A stretch of DNA of 58,933 nucleotides, the filler included, from Trichosphaerium sp. ATCC 40318 (taxonomy: Eukaryota > Protista > Tubulinea): NCBI GenBank assembly GCA_038496445.1. It is 3 parts of 3 records of this genome, joined end to end, with 100 filler letters (N's around TTAATTAATTAA, not from the genome) between each part and the next. Parts side by side here need not be neighbours in the genome. Positions count along the whole stretch, not along the records: positions 48,542 to 58,933 come from JALMLS010000016.1; 2 more parts are not named here. The stretch is one strand, 5' to 3'. Positions 51,296-58,933 of this stretch are shown here, piece by piece. The position numbers and the translations under genes are program-made. Numbering within the stretch: the stretch's first letter is position 1; every line of letters begins with the position of its first letter. The notes beneath the pieces were generated by a model. That model saw only the letters and a list, made by a program, of their open reading frames with translations, was not told the origin of the DNA and did no database searches.

Positions 51296-53132
51296 ATGTC
51301 CAAACGACGTGCAGACAGACAATTAACTTCGGACGACGACCCAGAGGCACTTGTAAGTGATAACGGAAGTGGTACATGGTCAAAAGCACCGGATGCGGTT
51401 TTAAAAAAGAGAAAGTACGATTAATGAATGCACATTCATTAATATCACCTAATGGTAATTATTATACAGAATTATAAAAGCAACCAGACGTGGTGTACCC
51501 GCGGCAACGCCGAAACCAGCACCAGCGACAACCCCAGAAGTACACGCCCTCATGGGATTAAAACGTTATTAAAAAAATTTGTAGGTTGCAGCACCTGCTC
51601 CACAAGCACCTGTCACAACAACAGATACCACCCCCAAAACAACAGAAGCCCCTAAGGCAGCTACAGGAGCCGCAGAACCCGCTAAAGTTAAAATAAAGCC
51701 ATGGTCATTTGGAGATGCAACACCATTCAGTTTCGATAAACCATCGACTGAGGTACGAATAGCCGGTTATTTGGATTAAAAACCTTTTGAGCAAGTTTTT
51801 TTTGTACAACAAACGTTGCTTTGAGTGCTGCCAATCACATAGATCAATACTACATGTTTACTGACACTCTGTCTTTTTTTTTTTTTCTTGGCGTTTGCAC
51901 AAAGCATACCCATTGCTTCTATTTCATGTATTTCGCGTATCTGATACATTATACATAGACTGCAGCCGCACCACTTAACTTTTGGGGCTCTGGCAAATCA
52001 ACTTTTGGAACTACAGGAGGAGGCGTACGTACAAACCCCTTAGGCCAGTTCATCTCATTTTTTGGCGCCAACGAAACGCTACATTATTTTTTACTCACTT
52101 GTACGCAGATTTTCGGACAAAATATTGAACCTCCAGCAAAAGGGAGCGAAGTAAGTTACCACCGTGCATCTTTTAGAAGTCTAAAATACGAAGGAAAAAA
52201 AAAGTTTTTCCTTTGCGTTTTTTTGTATCAGACGCTATTCATAACTTGCTGTTATCTACGAAGGCCTGTTCTAAGCTCACACGCATTTTTTTAGTCAAAA
52301 AGCTTCAATTTTGGAACGAGTTCATCAGGTCTTGGTGATTGGGTTCCACCAGCATCTAAGAAGGTGCCTGTTATAGAGAAACCAAAGGAACCATTAAAGA
52401 GTGGAGAAGAGGATGACACAAACCACCACGAGGTAACCCTTTTAAAGACACCTCGTTTGTCTGTACATGTGCTTACGAACGTTTCTTTATTGTAGACACG
52501 CGGCAAGTTATATAAACTAGTAGAGAAGGAAGGTAATATGACATGGGCTGAACGTGGAAAGGGACCATTGTTAATCAACCAGAACAATAAAACAAAACTA
52601 TACAGATTCATTCTCAGGAACGATAAATCCAACCGTCTTGTGCTCAACGCAGCACTTTATAAAGGGTAAGTCAAGAAAACAAAAAAAAATCAAAATGATT
52701 CGTAGACAACCAACCCAGATCTCTTCCAATCAGTCGATTGGAAGATATTCACGTCAAAGAAAAGGAAAAATAGTTGGTTAAAATTTTTTTGAAGTTTTTT
52801 TTGTTTACTCGCTCTTTTTGACGTTTGTTTGTAGGTTGACTGTCACAAAAGCTGCTGAAAAGCTTCTTAACCTTGCTGTGGTGAATACTGCTGATCTTAA
52901 AAAGGATGAACCAGTTGTAGAGGATAAGAAAGAAGAGACTAAGGATGAAGCCAAGAAAGAAGAAGAAGCTAAACCTGCAAGTGCAATACCTGAACTTTAC
53001 GCGGTACGATTTTGTCTTGTTACGTTTTAGATGGTAGCTTATACGTTGTATTAGCTTCGTTTTGCCTCTAAGGAGAACGCCGATAATTTTAAAGCCAAGA
53101 TTGAATCTATTGTTAAAACGCTCGATGAATAG
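51296..53132 (+). CDS. NUP50: Nucleoporin Nup50/Nup2-like
   Basis: N-terminal MSKRRADRQLTSDD motif, FG/FSF repeats, C-terminal Ran-binding domain (SGEEDD...KLYKL...WAERGKG). Confidence 0.8.
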
Positions 53133-54419
53133 ATACAAAATCCTGATTAGTTTCTGTTTTTGAAGTGTCATTGAAAAAAAAATTGAACAAAAAAAAAAAA
53201 GAAGAAAAAGGAGGCCGGCTTGAGGGCTGTTTTTAAATGTGCGTGTAAACAATAAATTTATTTGTGACAATTGGCTACAGTCTGATCAATTATTGGCTTT
53301 TGTCAATACATAGTACGCCTCTGCATGTTACTAGCATTTAGGCAGAGAATCGTGTTTGCTGATCACCCGCGCGAAACTGTCAGCGAGTGACACTATTTTG
53401 GTTGACTTTCTTTTTTTTTTGCGTAAGAATAATTGGTGTCTTTACCAGTCAAAATATCGCCAACATACAGCTAATGCACCTCCTAACGTAGGGCATTATA
53501 CTTTTTAGCGTTGAGGTGTACCTGAGTGAGTGCATCGCGGCGCCAGGATGTAGCACGTACGTTGTTTGGTTCATTTTTTTTTGCTTGCCCTATTAAACCA
53601 TTTGTCATGATGTTTATACCTTTCGGGAATGAAATCTTGTGATTTTACTCTTATTTTACTGATTTCTCAACTTTACTCCATTTGTCTCCTTTTATCTTCT
53701 CATCTAACGGAAGATATAGGCTACTTTCCATCACAGGCGCTCTTAGAACTATCTTTTCAGTTTAAATGTACGCATTCACCCTAATTTCTCATTTTCTCCT
53801 TTCTATTTTTCCTACATGATGCATAAATTTGGCAGCTCGTTCAGACGGTCTTGGTCGGCCTAAAACCATGGAGAATTGTCATTAGCTGAGGAAAAAAAAA
53901 CCTCTTGCAAAAAGTTTTTTGATTTACGATTGATTGTGATTAGTCACTGACATCATTCTAGGAGATTATGTCATTACCAATCCCTCGTGGATGAAGCGTC
54001 TGCACTGTGCGTTTCTTGAACAAAAGAAACACACCAGAAGCGTTCGTTACCAAACTTGTCATTTGCGAGCCTGACTTTGAGTCTACTGGCTACTTCGCTG
54101 TGGCTTGCGGACTGCGTTGTCCAGACATTTATTCATGCGACCAGGTGGAAGCATTGTTTTTTTTGAGATCGTTTTTTGTAAATCTTGTCTTTTTTTTCAA
54201 GAAATATCACAACGCACTTTTTGATACAAAAACTGTCTATTTTCTGTGTTGGTAAAGATCTACTTTACGCGTAGTTTCTGCAAATATAATATAAATAAAC
54301 AACAACGTTACAGTACACAGCCTTATGTTCACTACACAGTCACCAGTTTTCATTGCTTAATGTTGCTTAATATCCTTCTTGATTTGATGTTCCAAAGAAA
54401 TTGAGTTTGAAGTGTCACA

Positions 54420-55845
54420 ATGAAAGGAGAAAAGGAAGAAAAGATTGCTCAGCGCAATAGGCTCAAATACATTGCGTTGACGCTGATGGTAGCTCAAATG
54501 ACACTTTTAGTGCTATTATTGAGTTACACGCGTAAAAGAGAGGGTCCAATGTACTTGAGATCAACAGTACTCCTTCTGGCGGAGGTAATAGCCTAAAACT
54601 TTTGCAGTACAAAGTTTTTCAACTGCGTCTTGACAATAAACTGTCTAAGACGCACCACTCGGTGTGCTTGTGGGCGTAAATACTATTTATAAATTAATTG
54701 ACGCTAAATGTATTTAACACGCTTTACACCAGGCTCTAAAGGCTATCATATGCATAATTATCATCGTTGCTGCATCTACAAGCAGTAAAAGCGATAGTTT
54801 GGCGACTACATTTTCTCAGACGTTTTTTACCAAATCTGCATTCCTTGTTGCTGTTCCCGGATTCATTTACGCCATACAGAACAACTTGATATACTACGCC
54901 ATCTCAAACTTAGATCCAGCACCTTATCAGGTTTGTAATTGTTTACAAATGTTAAACACGTGCTAACACGTGACAGGTACTTTATCAGCTCAAAGGCAAG
55001 CGAGAAGTCAAAAGTGTCTGGCAGTTTTCCGTTAATGTTGTTTAGTCTTCTTTACTGCAATTTTTTCTGTCATGTTCCTTGGGAGGAGGCTATCAGGTCG
55101 TCAATGGCTTGCTATGGGTGTTTTAGTAACCGGGTATGTTGTGGTAAACCTCGAGCGTGTTGGCACTCCAGTTGAAGGTACGTTCTAAGATTGTAGAATT
55201 TGAAGTAAAAAAGTGTTGCTTATTAATATAGGTCCACGAGATATTGTCGGTGGAGTTATTGCTGTATTAACAGCAAGTGTATGCTCCGGTGCAGCAGGGG
55301 TATAGTTATTTTTCTAAGCAACATGCACTCTGTCAGAGTGGCTTTTTTGAAAATGGATTTGGTGCTAACAAAATAAAATAGGTATATTTCGGGTACACTC
55401 TTAGAAGTGGTACTGAAACTCTGTGGCAGAGAAACCTACAAATGGCAACATGGAGTGTCGTATTCAATGCAGTAATTGTTTACTTATCACCTGATTGGCC
55501 GTCTATTGTTGAAAACGGATTTTTTTATGGATATGATAAGATGGTTGTTCTTGTTGTTATTCTTCAAGCTTGTACTGGTTTGATTGTCGGTGCTGTAGTA
55601 AAATACGCTGATAACATTGTGAAAGGTATGTTGTTGATCTATGCAGATAGATTTATAAGGCAAACAAGAACTGATGTTTGGTTGGTTTTTTACTAATGTT
55701 GTTTTTTGCTTTAGGCTTCGCTGCTGGTATTTCTATTATTCTGTCGAGTATTATTGCTGTTTTTGTTTTTGGTAATGCGCTCACACTTCAATTCACCTTT
55801 GGTGCATCACTGGTAGCCTTGGCTGTATTCATGTATAAAATATAA
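54420..55845 (+). CDS. Nucleotide-sugar transporter (SLC35A family, UDP-Gal/CMP-Sia-like)
   Basis: VPGFIYAIQNNL..SNLDPAPYQVLYQLKV..TA, LWQRNLQM, GLIVGAVVKYADNIVKGF. Confidence 0.9.
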
Positions 55846-56379
55846 GATTCAAAAAACCACAACATTTTGCGTTGTATTTTCCAACAAAAAAGATTATCGA
55901 TAATCTCATTTTTTTAATTTTCTCATCACTATGAGCATTCAGTACATTGTTAACAACAAATATTTAATCCGCATGGTAGCATCCATTTATCAAATATGAG
56001 GCATAGAAATTATTCAGGTTATGAGTATAACGAACTGAAAAACGTGATTATCGATAATCTTTTTTGCGGGTCAATTCCTTCATCAAGTGATTTTAACTCA
56101 ATATATTTCACGTACGTGGTCACAACAAACCAAACTAGCCATCCACCCATTTGCGTTTCCATTGCGATCTCTAAGATACATAAGAAGTTTTTGGTAAGTT
56201 CCACTCCTAACAAACAGTTAGTGACACAAAGAAGCAATCGGTTACATACATTCCGAAACAATAAGACCCTACAGCTGCTTGCTCGTCTGGAGGAGTTTCT
56301 TGTCCCCAAGGGCATTGTCTAAGAGGTAGTCTACCTATAATATGCCTGAGGAGAAGTTCTGTCCATTCCTATGAACGGT
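55574..56379 (+). repeat. Left arm of an ~805-bp inverted duplication
   Basis: Reverse complement of 58129-58933; 1 substitution and one 1-bp indel seen. Confidence 0.92.
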
Positions 56380-58137
56380 TCTTAGCACTCCTGGTTTCCA
56401 ACATTTTGACAAACGCACGTTTTTATCCTTTCGATTAACTGCTTGAAAATACACAGTACGCTCTCTTCCACTCTCATACAATCTAAACGTGAATCGGCCT
56501 GGCTATAATGACGACATTAGACCACTAAAAACAAGGAGAGAAAGAAACCACAAACCTCCCAACAACTTGTCACAGCAGTTTTTTGTAACAAAATGATTTC
56601 AGGCGCTAGCATGCCAATATTCTAAAAAAGGTATTATAAGTACGTTTTTGAGAAAGGTGGTAAAATCCTCTACTCACTTTTTCCTTCTTCCAGTACATCA
56701 ACTGTGCGTTCTTACTATCAAGAACAAAAAAACGTGATTTCATTGCCCCAAGAACAAATTTTGGAAAACCATCACGCACAGATAATCTAAGATATCCTTT
56801 CCTCTCACAACTACCAGGTAGTGTAACAGGAGAAGCAAGTTTCTTTTCTTCACCAGAAACAGAGCGCATCATCGCCTTTATATTAAACTTCTTCCTAGTA
56901 CTTTGACTTCTTTGATCGTGGTTTCTTGGAGGTAATGAAGACTGTGGTGCTGTTGTAGATCCTCCACCTACTGATCCTGATCTAGCACGTTCTGTAGAAC
57001 CAATAGATGCCATAGACTTTTCTGAGGATTTATCAGACTTATCTGAGCGCAGACGAACATGATCCAAAGATTTCTTAAAGGATTTAAAAAGTGACCGCGG
57101 TTTCTTGTTCCCTTGTGCGCCACCAGCATCACCGTTAGTATTTTGACTAAAAGAAGCTGTTTTTGATGGGCTTGCTGGTGTAATACCAGCATTATCCGTT
57201 GATGATTTTGCTGAGATTGTCGGGTCTGTTGTAACTTCATTAACTGATATGCTCTCCTCTTGTGCGTATTTTACTTCTATACCACCAGGCGGTTGGGGTA
57301 AAGCAATTGACCTAAAAGGTTCTCTGTTTGGTCTATCATCGCCTGGGATATTGAGACTTGATTGGCCATGGCCATGGCCTCCCACTGGACGCTCTGGAGT
57401 GCATGTACGGCCGAGTGTTGGTCTGGGAGGTCCTGGAAGGCTAGTTGTACTTGACGTCTTATTAAGAGATGCTCTCTTTGAAAGTATATGTGGTGGAGAC
57501 GCTGAACGAGGACCTGAACCCACTACTGTATCGCCAATAACAACAGGTCGAAATTTCTGAAATAGAGAGGCTTTTCGAAGATGTGCAGAACTCTCTGGGT
57601 TTTTTTTAGCAGGCATAGTTCTATAAGACCTTGATTGCTTTATACCAGGTATTCTTCTTGGCTCTGGTGGTGTAGTTTCTCCACCATCCTAACATGAAGA
57701 TTAAATAAATAAATGACACAAAAAGTTCGATAACAAAACACCCAATGACGTCAAATCTTCAACGAACACTAACCAAAAATGGAAAACGAGGGAAAAAAAA
57801 ATAATAAACGGAGTTGCAAATAAACCAATTTTTTACAGGAACAAACCCCCACATTTGCGTCACCATCACCTTTTTTTAAAACCATCCAAAAATAAATGCC
57901 ACAAAAAAAAAAAAAAAAAAAGAAGATTTCGAAATCCAAAAAAAACTTCAACAAATCAGAGCTCATTAAAACAATACGTACCAATGTGCTAAATGCATCC
58001 AACTCTAGTAATAAATCAGCAGCAGCTTTATCACCTCTTGATATATTCATTTGAATCATCTCCTTTTTGTGTCCTTTTGATGCTTTAGGTCGCTTTGGGA
58101 TTTTTGGAAAACTGCGTTTCTTTTTGCCACCGTTCAT
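56098..58137 (-). CDS. Ser/Pro-rich protein with a C-terminal PH domain; true 5' end probably lost at the inversion junction
   Basis: RKGYLRL...KSRFFVLDSKNAQLMYWKKE...RTVYFQA...EWTELL. Confidence 0.7.
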
Positions 58138-58933
58138 AGGAATGGACAGAACTTCTCCTCAGGCATATTATAGGTAGACTACCTCTTAGACAATGCCCTT
58201 GGGGACAAGAAACTCCTCCAGACGAGCAAGCAGCTGTAGGGTCTTATTGTTTCGGAATGTATGTAACCGATTGCTTCTTTGTGTCACTAACTGTTTGTTA
58301 GGAGTGGAACTTACCAAAAACTTCTTATGTATCTTAGAGATCGCAATGGAAACGCAAATGGGTGGATGGCTAGTTTGGTTTGTTGTGACCACGTACGTGA
58401 AATATATTGAGTTAAAATCACTTGATGAAGGAATTGACCCGCAAAAAAGATTATCGATAATCACGTTTTTCAGTTCGTTATACTCATAACCTGAATAATT
58501 TCTATGCCTCATATTTGATAAATGGATGCTACCATGCGGATTAAATATTTGTTGTTAACAATGTACTGAATGCTCATAGTGATGAGAAAATTAAAAAAAT
58601 GAGATTATCGATAATCTTTTTTGTTGGAAAATACAACGTAAAATGTTGTGGTTTTTTGAATCTTATATTTTATACATGAATACAGCCAAGGCTACCAGTG
58701 ATGCACCAAAGGTGAATGAAGTGTGAGCGCATTACCAAAAACAAAAACAGCAATAATACTCGACAGAATAATAGAAATACCAGCAGCGAAGCCTAAAGCA
58801 AAAAACAACATTAGTAAAAAACCAACCAAACATCAGTTCTTGTTTGCCTTATAAATCTATCTGCATAGATCAACAACATACCTTTCACAATGTTATCAGC
58901 GTATTTTACTACAGCACCGACAATCAAACCAGT
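58129..58933 (-). repeat. Right arm of the inverted duplication (runs to the window end)
   Basis: Copies the 3' ends of the PH gene and the SLC35A gene; starts inside an intron of the PH gene. Confidence 0.92.

Noticed and set aside
55996-56322. Duplicated 108-aa and 98-aa ORFs (also 58186-58512)
   Set aside because: Shadow or unspliced frames over the PH gene 3' end, repeated only because of the inverted duplication

Overview
AT-rich, compact, intron-dense eukaryotic DNA with many short (~35-110 nt) introns and the standard genetic code, probably from a free-living protist (possibly amoebozoan; this is an inference). The window joins three contigs through artificial 100-nt N/TTAATTAATTAA linkers (26332-26431, 48442-48541). 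It holds about 24 host genes, including ARP2, NUP50, mitochondrial ATP synthase delta, a TTLL enzyme, a Nudix hydrolase, an ADCK kinase, BTG/Tob, an SLC35A transporter and a GT8 enzyme. Highlights: (1) a selenoprotein missed by the ORF track, an AhpC/TSA-like redoxin with FFRGSW-U-PPC (in-frame TGA) and a candidate type II SECIS in its 3'UTR; (2) an apparently intact, three-intron piggyBac with non-TTAA termini; (3) a Ty3/Gypsy LTR element invaded by three copies of a 929-bp TIR element that makes 2-bp TSDs, with the RT segment inverted between two copies; (4) unusual fusions: Spg1/Tem1-like GTPase + SOCS box, saposin + acid ceramidase, inactive UBE2Q-like E2 + UFD1; (5) GC-AG introns, strong CACGTG over-representation, and a terminal ~805-bp inverted duplication that is probably an amplification or assembly chimera. 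All gene models were spliced by hand; no database search was run.
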